Shown here piece after piece: positions 36,248-46,177 of a stretch of DNA of 56,983 nt; the first letter of the stretch is position 1; each line of letters starts with the position of its first letter. Below the pieces are notes generated by a model. The model saw nothing but the letters and a program-made list of their open reading frames with translations. It was not told the origin of the DNA and did not search any database. Source of the stretch: a virus (Duplodnaviria > Caudoviricetes). Made by a program: the position numbers and the translations under genes. Location: positions 1 through 56,983 of the IMG/VR virus record IMGVR_UViG_3300008261_000022; one strand, 5' to 3'.

Positions 36248-37017
36248 AGATATCCTCATATACCGCTGAGTCAGGCCATTGGTACACCCGCACGGGTAAC
36301 CCTCTTTACACCGTTATTGGCAAGAACAAAAAGGAACGCAAGACCACCCTTAGGGATGCACGGGAGTTAGATCTTGTCCCATCGGTGACCTCCATCATGA
36401 ATGTCATGGCCAAACCAGGCCTTGAGCGGTGGAAGATGCAACAGGTCTTGTTTGCCTCGCTGACCTTGCCAAGGCGGGATGATGAGGCTGAGGATGACTA
36501 CCTTGAACGGATCATGGAAGACTCAAAGGAGCAAGGAAGGTCTGCCGCCGATGAGGGTACCAAGATCCATGCGGCCATCCAACAACACTACGAAAACAAG
36601 CCGGTAAAGTCTTACTCCGAATATGTTTCCGGGTGCCATGCGGAGATCCACAAAACCTTTGGCGACCAAAAGTGGGTGTGTGAGGACTCTTTTGCCCATG
36701 AGCTTGGGTACGGGGGCAAGTGCGATATGTATGCCCGAAGCACGGATGACCCATCGGTCGGGCTTGTTTTAGATATTAAGACCAAGGAGTTTGATGACCC
36801 AAGCAAGGTGGAGGGCTACGATGAGCACGTCATGCAGTTGGCCGCCTACCGGATTGGGCTTCATATGCCCGCCGCTCGATGTGCTAATGTTTTTATATCC
36901 CGCAGCGTTCCCGGACTTGTAGTAATTAAGGAATGGGAACCCTTGGAAATAACAAGGGGTTGGCAGATGTTTTCTAAACTCCTTGAGTTTTGGCAATTAA
37001 AGAATGGGCACCGATGA
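36244..37017 (+). CDS. PD-(D/E)xK exonuclease (Cas4/RecB/lambda-exo-like)
   Basis: PSVTSI, GTKIH, YGGKCD, LDIKT, QLAAY motifs. Confidence 0.85.
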   Translation: MKISSYTAESGHWYTRTGNPLYTVIGKNKKERKTTLRDARELDLVPSVTSIMNVMAKPGLERWKMQQVLFASLTLPRRDDEAEDDYLERIMEDSKEQGRSAADEGTKIHAAIQQHYENKPVKSYSEYVSGCHAEIHKTFGDQKWVCEDSFAHELGYGGKCDMYARSTDDPSVGLVLDIKTKEFDDPSKVEGYDEHVMQLAAYRIGLHMPAARCANVFISRSVPGLVVIKEWEPLEITRGWQMFSKLLEFWQLKNGHR

Positions 37018-37223
37018 AAACAATACAAGCATTTCAGACTACCGATGGCAAAGTTTTTACCTCTGAGGAGGAGGCAAAAAAGCATGAGATATTTTTAAGT
37101 CAGCATGATGTCATCGATAACTTTCTTAAAAGCCACTTAAACAACTATATTGCATTGCCACAAAAGTCTATCGCCCGACAGGCAATCATTAATTGGGAGA
37201 CATGGAAGAAAGAAAATGCTTAG
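37014..37223 (+). CDS. Hypothetical protein
   Basis: FQTTDGKVF.SEEEA..HE; ATGA coupling. Confidence 0.7.
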   Translation: MKTIQAFQTTDGKVFTSEEEAKKHEIFLSQHDVIDNFLKSHLNNYIALPQKSIARQAIINWETWKKENA

Positions 37224-37476
37224 ACCCGAAGACATCAAACAGGTATTTTTTCATTGCAACCATACCGACAAGGATGGGTATTACGCCGATGAGGTCGATG
37301 TGCTTGAGTTTGGCCAAAAGATTGCCGCTTTTGCCTTGTCTCAAAAAACTCCAATGACTGAGGATGAGGCAATCGACTTCATGATTAATATAAATCTCAC
37401 CGAAAACGGGGATGCGTTGCTTGACCGGCTAAAAACCTTGATCCGTAAGGTTGAGGAGTTTCACGGTATTAAATAA
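37216..37476 (+). CDS. Hypothetical protein
   Basis: Ends IRKVEEFHGIK; overlaps previous gene. Confidence 0.65.
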   Translation: MLRPEDIKQVFFHCNHTDKDGYYADEVDVLEFGQKIAAFALSQKTPMTEDEAIDFMININLTENGDALLDRLKTLIRKVEEFHGIK

Positions 37477-37510
37477 AAAAAGCCCCCTCCCGAGGAGTGG
37501 AGAGGGGGCT
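37474..37510. terminator. Terminator between convergent operons
   Basis: AGCCCCCTC...GAGGGGGCT stem with adjacent A tract (U tract on minus strand). Confidence 0.75.
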
Positions 37511-37542
37511 GAAGCTTCCACGAGGGAAGAAGCAAGACACTT

Positions 37543-38883
37543 TTACGGAGCAATCGTTTCGCTAGTCTGACCTAGCGGAGCCTTGCTCTGATTTTCTCTC
37601 ATGTACTGAATTAGTGGCGCGGTGATGGCCAACGGAATCCCTACGGGAGCGGTTGGGGGGAAGGCTGACATAACCGCACCGGTTGCCCCAAGACCGGACA
37701 GACCCATCTTCATGTAGTCTGGCTTTTCTTTTCCGGCCTCGCTTGCCATTGAACCCAACTCACTTCCAGCTTGGGCAAACGCCAAGGGTGGCGCACCGTA
37801 CTTCATAACCGTGCCGCCTATGGTTCTCATCCTTGAGCCTGGTTCAATCATATCCCTGAATAATTTTGTAACCTCATCAAGGCCACTACGGGGAGGTGGG
37901 GGAACGGGCTTGGTCGCGGGAGCACTTCTTGGGTATAGCACCCCAGATGGGGTTGCAGTCATCCCAGGTGATTGAGCAAATACTTGGGATGCACTCTGAG
38001 GAACCACTCCTGACCTTTGTAAGGCTCCGATGTTTTGAGCGGCTTCTTTGGCTCGCGCAGCCTGTTGGGCGGTCTCAACATTAAATCCCGCCATGCGAGC
38101 TCTTCCGGTCGCCCCAGAATCAACATCGGTTGTGCCCTGAAGGATTCGATTGGCTTGGGTAGCCTCTGAAGCTAGGTTTGGTGCCATCGACCCACCAAGA
38201 GGAGGACTTGCGGATAAACGGCCTTCCTCAGCCGCTTGGCCTAAGAGCCTCGCCGCTCTACCGGCTACCGCTGGAGCAGCACGAAGAGCAGTTAAGGCAG
38301 TACCCGCACCGGCTCCGGCAAGCTCACCCCGACCGCGGGCAGACTTCTCCCGAACCGCATCAATTTGCTTTTGAAATTCAACAGAATCTTGGCTTTGAGT
38401 AGGCTCAAATTCTGAGCTCACAGGTTTTTCAGGCTGTGCGGGCGCAGCGGTTGCTGTCGGGAATGCCCCGTAGCCCTTCAAATCTTTTAAATAATTGACT
38501 GTTATGTCAGGGAGGGTTGTTCCTTTGGATGTAAAAAACGGGTGGTTGATCCCTGCGTTATATCCAGCGGCGGCCAATCGAGCATCGCCCTCGCTCATAT
38601 CCAAGGACTTCTTCAGATACTTTATCCCTGCCTCAATGTTCTTTTCGGGGTCACGGATGTCTTCCGCTGAGAACCCAACCTCTTTGGCGGTATCGGGCTT
38701 GATCTGCATGATCCCAATCTCGCCAGCTCCGCCTGCCTGAACCTTAGGGTTGAGACCGCTTTCCTTGAAGGCCACGGACACGGCAAGTTCTGGAGACACC
38801 CCCATCTGCTTAGCCTTAGCGGCAATCCGTTGGGCGTAGGATTTTTGAGATTCGTTGAGGTTTTCGTAAAAGCTCAGATTCAT
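37543..38883 (-). CDS. Virion ejection protein with N-terminal lytic transglycosylase (SLT) domain
   Basis: KESGLNP, GIMQI, AGIKYL, YNAG motifs; last gene of late operon. Confidence 0.88.
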   Translation of the reverse strand: MNLSFYENLNESQKSYAQRIAAKAKQMGVSPELAVSVAFKESGLNPKVQAGGAGEIGIMQIKPDTAKEVGFSAEDIRDPEKNIEAGIKYLKKSLDMSEGDARLAAAGYNAGINHPFFTSKGTTLPDITVNYLKDLKGYGAFPTATAAPAQPEKPVSSEFEPTQSQDSVEFQKQIDAVREKSARGRGELAGAGAGTALTALRAAPAVAGRAARLLGQAAEEGRLSASPPLGGSMAPNLASEATQANRILQGTTDVDSGATGRARMAGFNVETAQQAARAKEAAQNIGALQRSGVVPQSASQVFAQSPGMTATPSGVLYPRSAPATKPVPPPPRSGLDEVTKLFRDMIEPGSRMRTIGGTVMKYGAPPLAFAQAGSELGSMASEAGKEKPDYMKMGLSGLGATGAVMSAFPPTAPVGIPLAITAPLIQYMRENQSKAPLGQTSETIAP

Positions 38884-38892
38884 AATCTACCC

Positions 38893-40443
38893 CTAAATTG
38901 GCAGGCGGCCGGCGGCACCCTTGTTATCACGACCCTTTGGTGCTGATGGCCGTTCAGGAGGGGTTCCACCCAATCGATTTTGGATAATTCCGCCCAATTT
39001 TTCTTCGTACCTCTGAACCATGTTGGCGTAATCATCGCCTGACTTGAAGTCATCGATGCTGCCCTTGTAAGTCCGGACAGCCTTAGCCACCTCGCGGTCA
39101 AACTCAGCGCGGGCACGAAGGAGGTCAAGTTTTGCCCGGATGGTATCCGGATTGTCGGTTCGGGCAATTGCCGCAGATGCAAATAATGACCGCTCAAAGT
39201 CAGATACCGCGCCTTGACCCTGTTGTAGCCGGCTCATCTGCAACTGAACCTGAGCCATCAAGGACAGGCCATACTGCGCTTGGTTAATCATGTTTTGATC
39301 CAAGCCGGCATTAGTCAGAACATCGCGGATTGCAGGCAAGGTAATTGAGAATCCGGGCGTTCCAACGCCACCCTCAATCAATTTCATAAAATTCTCAAAT
39401 ACGCCTGGGCGCTCAAAGACACCGAAGATTAATGCCGCATTTGGACTAGCGGCAATCTGATCAAGCTGGCGATAGACTCCAAGGCGTGATGGAGCATCTG
39501 ACCCAGCCTTGATTGTTTCTGCCCTATCGGCTTCCTGAGCCTTGGTTCTTTGCTGAGCTCTTTCTGTTGCTCCGGCCTTTTCAGCTTCGGTTTCAGCAAC
39601 ACTTGAAATCTTTCCTGGAGCTTTGCTTTCAGGCGCTGTCTCTCCCGGTTTCGGAGGAGCCTTTGGCCCTTCCACGGCTCTCTTCGCAACTTCGTAATAT
39701 CTTGAATCGCCGTTGGCCGCATACATATCAAGAAGGGCGGCAGTCCTAGCATCGACCTTATAAACACCATCGTAGCCAAAGATTTGGCGCTCAACCAATT
39801 CGCCTTTCGGGAACGGATAAAACATACCAGAGGACAGGTCTTGAACCCCGCCCTCTTTAACTTGGTACCGATCCTGCTCTAGTTTGGTGGCATCCTTAAT
39901 TGCGGTCGTTGGCGCAATACTTGGATCAAGACGAGCCATACCAAGGTATTGGCGTCCGGTCATAAAGTTGGGGTTAGGCGGAGCTACAGGGATTCCTTGG
40001 ACTCCCTCAAAACCCTTCGGAGCAACAGAGAGTGGCCCCGCGGGTTGTTGCCTACTCAATGGCCCAGTTGCCGGAGCGCCGGAGGTTTCTGGCCCCATCA
40101 ACTTTGCAAACTCTCGATCCCGCTGCCTTAAACGCTCAATTTCAATACCTCGACCGGCAAGACCAAGCCTTGCCTCAGCAATATCCCGCTCTTCTTTTTC
40201 CTCTGCAACTTGAGCCTCGCGGATATTTTTAGCGGCAAACCCCAAGGACTCTCCAAACCCGCCGGTTTGAGTGGGAGCCAAAAAGCCTTGAGCCAAGGCC
40301 AACATGGAAGGATCAAAAAACCTGTTTTGGCGTGCGTTTAGAGCCTGCTCCATCCGATTAAGAGCCGCCTGATACTCTTGATTTGCCATAAAGGCTTCCG
40401 GGTCGTTCCCCGGTAAAAATCCAACTGTAGGTGCTTTTGCCAT
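38893..40443 (-). CDS. Putative ejection/internal virion protein
   Basis: Helical 516 aa; GQGAVSDFERSLF; position between nozzle and SLT genes. Confidence 0.6.
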   Translation of the reverse strand: MAKAPTVGFLPGNDPEAFMANQEYQAALNRMEQALNARQNRFFDPSMLALAQGFLAPTQTGGFGESLGFAAKNIREAQVAEEKEERDIAEARLGLAGRGIEIERLRQRDREFAKLMGPETSGAPATGPLSRQQPAGPLSVAPKGFEGVQGIPVAPPNPNFMTGRQYLGMARLDPSIAPTTAIKDATKLEQDRYQVKEGGVQDLSSGMFYPFPKGELVERQIFGYDGVYKVDARTAALLDMYAANGDSRYYEVAKRAVEGPKAPPKPGETAPESKAPGKISSVAETEAEKAGATERAQQRTKAQEADRAETIKAGSDAPSRLGVYRQLDQIAASPNAALIFGVFERPGVFENFMKLIEGGVGTPGFSITLPAIRDVLTNAGLDQNMINQAQYGLSLMAQVQLQMSRLQQGQGAVSDFERSLFASAAIARTDNPDTIRAKLDLLRARAEFDREVAKAVRTYKGSIDDFKSGDDYANMVQRYEEKLGGIIQNRLGGTPPERPSAPKGRDNKGAAGRLPI

Positions 40444-40445
40444 GA

Positions 40446-41543
40446 TTAGCCCTTACTTACATGGAATAATCCACCGCGTTTACCAGGCGGCTCTTCCTGA
40501 GAAGTTGGGACGCTGGTCGTTGATGGCCCGTAATATGGCCCAATATCCTCATCTGGGTCACCCGACTTGCCGTAAGAATCAGAACCCGTGCCAAAAAGCT
40601 TTTTATAAAAATCTGTTGATCCAATTGCGTCGGCACCTTTTGAAAATAAATCCGAAACGCCCTTGAGGAGGCTATCGCTTGCTATTGGCTTGCCTTGGGC
40701 ATCGTAAGTCACGCCACCTGGCCGGATAGCCCCAAGGGTTGATAGAACTCCAAGGATGTTTGCCAAGTCTGAGGTTTTATACAGGCCAGCCTTTGGCCCC
40801 ACAAAAGTCTCAGTTTGGGTGGTTGGCATTTGATAGCCACGCATTAGACCAGCGGCGGTTGTAGCGGTTTTCAGGGGGTAATCGAGCAGGCTCTGCTCAT
40901 AGGCTTGCTTCTCAGCCCCGGCCTTAGTCAACGCTCCAGCTCCGGTCAGACCTAATTCCTGTTCTTTTCCAGCAATTTGAGCCTGTGTTTGAGCGGCTTG
41001 GTTTTGTAGTTGAAGCTCTTCCATGGCCGCCTTCATGGCGTTTTGGTAGCCAGATGAGAGCGCCCCGTACTGTTGGCCCATCAAATTGCGTTGCATATCG
41101 CCCAAGGTTTGGCCTGTCGCAGCGGCATATCGCTGGCTGCCAAGGTTTCCAGACCCCACAAAGGCTCCCTTTAGGGAAGGTAGAACCGACCTTTGTATGT
41201 TCTGTTGCTGGAGCCTTGCCATCTCATCGACCACCTGCCTTTGGTAGGGGTCCATGAGGGCTTGTATCCGGTTGGGGTCAAACCCCGCGGCAGCGGTTGC
41301 TGCGGTTTGTCCGGCGGCGGTCAGCCCTGGCTGATAAGAGGTTGCCGCTCCTGGAACCATCCCGTAGCCCTGAGTCTGAAGGGCATCCATCGGGGCGACA
41401 CCTTGGCCAACAGGTCTTGCCATGGCGGTCTGACCCGCTTGGGAGAGGTCTTGGAGGTATTGGGTGTAGTAATCCGGGGCGACCTCCGCACGGGTGGTCG
41501 TTTGGGTAACATTTGGTAACGGATCGCCTTGGGTGATTGCCAT
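40446..41543 (-). CDS. Putative ejection (DNA pilot-like) protein
   Basis: Q/A/G-rich, MDPYQRQVVD, GNLGSQRY; C-terminal KRGGLF. Confidence 0.65.
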   Translation of the reverse strand: MAITQGDPLPNVTQTTTRAEVAPDYYTQYLQDLSQAGQTAMARPVGQGVAPMDALQTQGYGMVPGAATSYQPGLTAAGQTAATAAAGFDPNRIQALMDPYQRQVVDEMARLQQQNIQRSVLPSLKGAFVGSGNLGSQRYAAATGQTLGDMQRNLMGQQYGALSSGYQNAMKAAMEELQLQNQAAQTQAQIAGKEQELGLTGAGALTKAGAEKQAYEQSLLDYPLKTATTAAGLMRGYQMPTTQTETFVGPKAGLYKTSDLANILGVLSTLGAIRPGGVTYDAQGKPIASDSLLKGVSDLFSKGADAIGSTDFYKKLFGTGSDSYGKSGDPDEDIGPYYGPSTTSVPTSQEEPPGKRGGLFHVSKG

Positions 41544-41545
41544 TT

Positions 41546-44500
41546 CTATCTCCTAGCCTTCTGAGCAGACTTTTTGCCCTTCAAATAATCTAGCGGGTTT
41601 GCCTTAGCCTCCGGGGGTAAGTCCTTTGGCTTTGCCGACCGGTGGTATGCCCTGATCGAATGCATCATGTCGTACAACTTATCGGAGCCAGCTTTGGTTG
41701 AGCCGTTACCTAAAGCGGCCACCACATCGGCGGGGATCACAAACTCCCCATCAGCCAACATCGCTGGAATGTCATCAGATTGGCCATCCCCAGGGCCGGT
41801 CACCGCATCACCCTGCCGAAAGTCTACCCTCGCCTTACCGGAGTGCGCCACCATAGGCAAGCCCCCGCCGGCATATCTGCCGTAACGGGTTTGGCCGCCA
41901 CCGGCCATCAGAGGTGTGGCCAACCCACCTCTTTTTGCGATCATCGGCTCCAAGCCGTAGAACGATGTGCCCGCCGTTCCGAATGGGCTAAACAACTGAT
42001 CTATGTCAGTAGATTGCCCATAGGTAAAGTAATTCGGCATGAAAGGATCTCCTTGTTGGGTATTTTCCCGTATTTCGGGGGTTGTCTGCGACTGAGTCTG
42101 CGTAAACGGTTGGTCACCATAGTCTGAGGACTGAACCTCGGCCATGAACTCTTGTAGTGGCCCCTTGAACTCCTCTTGCTTAGTGGTGCTTGTGATAAAG
42201 GGCTTTTTAAACTTTGCGGAGTCATCGGCAGGGGTGACTTGAGGGGCTTGGCCGATCAAAGGAAGCATGGCGGCTTGTTGGGCGGCCTGTCTCTCACCCT
42301 GAGTCTTTTGTAGGGCGATGCTTTGTTGTAAGGCGTTATATCGAGCCTTATCTATGTTTTTAGCAACATCTTCTAAAGTTGCTTCTTCCGGTCTTTGGCC
42401 AACAAACTCAGCCACATCTTCGGGCGTTGGTTGGTCTAGACCTAAAGTTCTGTACTTTGCAACAACCTCTTCTGTGGTCGTTAGAAGTGGATCGACATAG
42501 GATTCAAGTTGTGACTTGACCTGTTGCTGTTGGATGTCTTTGCCTTGGCGAACATATTCAGCAATTTCTTGAGAGTTCGGGACATAACCAAACTCCTTAT
42601 AAAACGCCTCAACTTCCGCTTGGGTTACTTGCCGTGGATCAACATACTCCCCGATTGAGGTCTTGACCTCTGCCTCAGGTTTGGACAGAACAAATTGCGC
42701 CAATTCGTTTGGCTGGGGCGTATACCCATAGGTATTAAAGAACTCTTGCGCCTCTGATTGGAGGGTAGCCAATGGATCAATCTGCGCCCGATAGGCGGCG
42801 GTTGCTTCTGCCTCATTAGCTTGGCGAGCCAACGCCAACGCCTGCTGATCGGTAAGGGTGTAACCCTCTGCCGCCGCCGCGGCCTTAATCTCTGCCACAT
42901 CAAATACATTTGGATCGGCAATTGATATGGCCTGTTCTTTAGCCTGGGTTTCAATGATTTGGCCAACAATCTTTTGAACATCAGCATCTGTCGGGGCGGT
43001 ATATCCTTGCTCAGCCAAGAACGCACGGGCTTCTGACTCTAGTGTTGCAAGCGGGTCTGAGTAAGTTTGGAAGGACTCTAAAGTAGGTTGTTCGTCTTTT
43101 GCACCCGTAAATCTTGCGTAGTCCTCAGGCTTGAGGGTATACCCCTCTGTGGCAGCCTGTTGCTCAAGTTCTTGTCTTGTAGTGTAGGCGGCATCATATT
43201 TCTGTAGATTTGAGGCAACATCTGCGGCACCTCCGATAGGGCCACCCGCTACCCCCTCTAAAGTACCGGATGCAACAACACCGCGCCATGTCGGGACTGC
43301 AAAACCTTCACGCTGAAGAGCGATGTTTTCCGCTAACTTTTCTTGGCCGCCCTGAGCTGCCTCAGGAATGCCTTCTTTCAATCCGCCTACAACAAACTGC
43401 CCCGCAACATTCTTGGCGGCAACACCCTCAGCAATATTTGATGCTATTTCTTTTGTAAGGATTTTTTCCGCTGGTCCCATAGCGGCCGCGGTTCCCAATA
43501 TTGCGCCGGCAATGATGGAATCAAGATTTTTGCCGTTATAAGCCTGAGCCTGCTGAGCCTTAATTTCTGCCGTACCGGGATCAACGCCCGAGGCAATTAA
43601 CGCTTTCTTGGTTTCATCGTAAATAGTGCCCTTGATAATTCCCGCTCCAGACACCGCTCCTGTCCCGTACTGAGCGATGCGAGCTACGACCATAGGAGCG
43701 CCTAAAACCGATGTAGCCATGGCTGCGGCCACATTTGGAACGATAGTTCCCGCCGCCTCTACGATTACACCTGGATAGGCAACTAACGCTTCAACACCGG
43801 CAATTACTTGATCCAAAACACCTTTGTCTTTTGCATCATTAAGAATTTTGGCTTGTAAGGCTTTGTCATTTAACGCCTCAGCACTATAGAGCGATTGGAT
43901 GTAACCACGGGCGGTTCCCAAAGCCTTTGATACTGAGTTGTCTGCACCGAAGGCATCGGTAATGCCTTTGATACCATTGACAATTCCTGACATTAAATCA
44001 AGGGTGGTGCTATTTGGCCTTGCGGATGCAGTAAACCTTGCAAGAGCCTCTTTTTCTGCCGGAGTCAGTTTATTTTGGAAGTTATCGTAGGCTTCCTTGA
44101 TGTAGTTATAGACCGTGTCTCCCAAGTCAATTTTCTTCTTGTCATCAGAGGCAAAGTCTTGGTACATCTCAAACCAACCCATAGGGTCTTGGTCGCGCAT
44201 CTCATCAAGCGTGTTTCCAACCCCACGGGTGTCACCTACACCCTCAATCGTAATCCGGAGTTTTTTGTCTCCGGTCACAGGGTCCCAAAAGTATCCATCG
44301 GTTTTTTGATCTGCGGAGGCGTTGGATAGCCATGCATATGCCCCGTTAGAAGTTGGCATTAGAACGGCTTGGTTGCCAAAAATCTCTTCTGAGGTGGCTA
44401 ACTTATATCCTTCTGGCGGCGTGTAAGTCGTTGAGGATGGCCGGTTGTCGGCGTTGTAGGTATCTTTGACCAAATCCTCATTGACTGTTGAGGATGAGGA

Positions 44501-46177
44501 GGTCTGCAAAATATCATCAACATCGAAGTCAGCAATGGTGGCGTTCTTTAACGCATTGAAATCGCTACCAAACTGGTTTTCAATGGTTTCGTAAAAGCGT
44601 TCCCGATCTTCTTTTGTGAGGTTTGTAAGTTTTAAGTCTCGAGCCTCTAATGCCTCAGACAATAAGCGGGCTTGTTGCTCCACTACGGAAGATTCTGCCG
44701 CCTTGTAATTTGTTGGAAGTTTTTCGTACTGACCAGTTGAAAGCCAATGATTGTAGGGATCAACACTTGCATCCAATCCATTAATCTTGCGGTATTCATC
44801 AGGATTGAAGTTTGTATCCATAACCCCAACAAACGACTTTTTAACGCCGTTTTCTAAGACTTCAACTTCTTTGCCTAGTTCTAATGCTAATTCTTTTATG
44901 CTTGCCTGTTCTTTTTGAAAGTCAGCAACTAATTGATCATGAGGTATTTTTAAAGCGTTAAGTTCAGATTCGTACTTATCCAAGTCAGGTTTAAATACAT
45001 TTTCATAGTCGCTATTAAGTGAAGTGACATAAGAGTTGTATTCTTCAATTGACCGATTAGCTGTTGCTATCCAACTTTCAACAACATCTTTTTGAAGATT
45101 TCCAGAGTTATATTCTTTGACATAAAAATTTGCTGTTTCGCTATTGCTCTCCATTACCTTTTTTAATTCATTTTGTTTTTCTAGTCTTACGCTTAATTGA
45201 TCCCTGACTATGTTGTACTGATTAATTACTTCATTTTGTTTGGATTCATTTTCTGAAACCTGCGTTGCAACCGAAGCCATCCGTTCAGATGTTTGTTGGG
45301 TCTTGGTTGTTAATTCTTTAACTTTAGCCGTTGCCGCATCGCCAAGAGCTTTGGAACCTGCGTTGAATAGTTCTTTTTGAATGGCCGCATTAACATTTCC
45401 GCCTGTAAATGCCGCCACGGAAGCTGCGGTCACAACATCGGCAAGAATAGCTTGTTGACTCTTTGAAAGAGTTCCATTTGGATCTAGTTTCTTAATTGTG
45501 TCCGTTGCGAGTTGGGAACTTACGATTGCTGAACGAATAACCGCCGCCCCAACATCACCCCCGGCAAGTTGAGTTTTAACTGCGGTTTCAATAATCTTTT
45601 GGGTGGTTGGAGATAAGTCCCGGAATCCATCAACCTGTCCCAATACGGCAGGAACGGCGGCATTCACCCCACCTGTGATCATTGCCTTAACAGGGTCTTG
45701 TCCGGTAACAATTGCGGATGCGGCAGAACCGGCCGCTGAACCAGCGATATTTCCCGCAATCTGTGAGGCGGTCTGCATACCGGCTTCTTGGGCGGCAAGC
45801 ATAGCGGCCTGTTGTGATCCTGCATTTACGCCATAATTCATCGCCGTGGCAGCATTTGTTGTATTGGCTGCAACCGCTTGGCCAACCCGTGCCCCGGCTT
45901 CTTGGGCAACAACTGCAATTACGACCGCCTTAGCCACATCTTCAATATCACCACCTTTAGCGGCGACATCCGCTCCTTCAATATAAGGAAGTAGCCAATA
46001 CTGTTGGGTTGCTATGGCCGCAATCTGGGCGATTGTTTTTATCGGGTTATCGAGAGCCGCATCAATCATGTCCCCGGCAAAGTCAACCACCGGATCGACA
46101 ATTTCATCTCCGACCCATTCAACGGCATCTTCTACTGCATCACCGAGGTCTTCAACTTTATCTTCAACCCAACCCAT
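41546..46177 (-). CDS. Large internal virion/ejection protein with tandem repeats and C-terminal xGG..GPGDG.SD.IPA.L.DGEFV domain
   Basis: 1543 aa; coiled coil, hydrophobic G/A segments, six ~47-aa repeats. Confidence 0.7.
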   Translation of the reverse strand: MGWVEDKVEDLGDAVEDAVEWVGDEIVDPVVDFAGDMIDAALDNPIKTIAQIAAIATQQYWLLPYIEGADVAAKGGDIEDVAKAVVIAVVAQEAGARVGQAVAANTTNAATAMNYGVNAGSQQAAMLAAQEAGMQTASQIAGNIAGSAAGSAASAIVTGQDPVKAMITGGVNAAVPAVLGQVDGFRDLSPTTQKIIETAVKTQLAGGDVGAAVIRSAIVSSQLATDTIKKLDPNGTLSKSQQAILADVVTAASVAAFTGGNVNAAIQKELFNAGSKALGDAATAKVKELTTKTQQTSERMASVATQVSENESKQNEVINQYNIVRDQLSVRLEKQNELKKVMESNSETANFYVKEYNSGNLQKDVVESWIATANRSIEEYNSYVTSLNSDYENVFKPDLDKYESELNALKIPHDQLVADFQKEQASIKELALELGKEVEVLENGVKKSFVGVMDTNFNPDEYRKINGLDASVDPYNHWLSTGQYEKLPTNYKAAESSVVEQQARLLSEALEARDLKLTNLTKEDRERFYETIENQFGSDFNALKNATIADFDVDDILQTSSSSTVNEDLVKDTYNADNRPSSTTYTPPEGYKLATSEEIFGNQAVLMPTSNGAYAWLSNASADQKTDGYFWDPVTGDKKLRITIEGVGDTRGVGNTLDEMRDQDPMGWFEMYQDFASDDKKKIDLGDTVYNYIKEAYDNFQNKLTPAEKEALARFTASARPNSTTLDLMSGIVNGIKGITDAFGADNSVSKALGTARGYIQSLYSAEALNDKALQAKILNDAKDKGVLDQVIAGVEALVAYPGVIVEAAGTIVPNVAAAMATSVLGAPMVVARIAQYGTGAVSGAGIIKGTIYDETKKALIASGVDPGTAEIKAQQAQAYNGKNLDSIIAGAILGTAAAMGPAEKILTKEIASNIAEGVAAKNVAGQFVVGGLKEGIPEAAQGGQEKLAENIALQREGFAVPTWRGVVASGTLEGVAGGPIGGAADVASNLQKYDAAYTTRQELEQQAATEGYTLKPEDYARFTGAKDEQPTLESFQTYSDPLATLESEARAFLAEQGYTAPTDADVQKIVGQIIETQAKEQAISIADPNVFDVAEIKAAAAAEGYTLTDQQALALARQANEAEATAAYRAQIDPLATLQSEAQEFFNTYGYTPQPNELAQFVLSKPEAEVKTSIGEYVDPRQVTQAEVEAFYKEFGYVPNSQEIAEYVRQGKDIQQQQVKSQLESYVDPLLTTTEEVVAKYRTLGLDQPTPEDVAEFVGQRPEEATLEDVAKNIDKARYNALQQSIALQKTQGERQAAQQAAMLPLIGQAPQVTPADDSAKFKKPFITSTTKQEEFKGPLQEFMAEVQSSDYGDQPFTQTQSQTTPEIRENTQQGDPFMPNYFTYGQSTDIDQLFSPFGTAGTSFYGLEPMIAKRGGLATPLMAGGGQTRYGRYAGGGLPMVAHSGKARVDFRQGDAVTGPGDGQSDDIPAMLADGEFVIPADVVAALGNGSTKAGSDKLYDMMHSIRAYHRSAKPKDLPPEAKANPLDYLKGKKSAQKARR

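Noticed and set aside
36244-37017. Cas4 implying a CRISPR system
   Set aside because: No Fe-S cysteine cluster, other cas genes or repeat-spacer array; ordinary phage exonuclease
41546-46177. Siphovirus tape-measure protein
   Set aside because: No major tail tube, tail assembly chaperone or baseplate genes recognised; adaptor-nozzle-ejection gene order fits a podovirus
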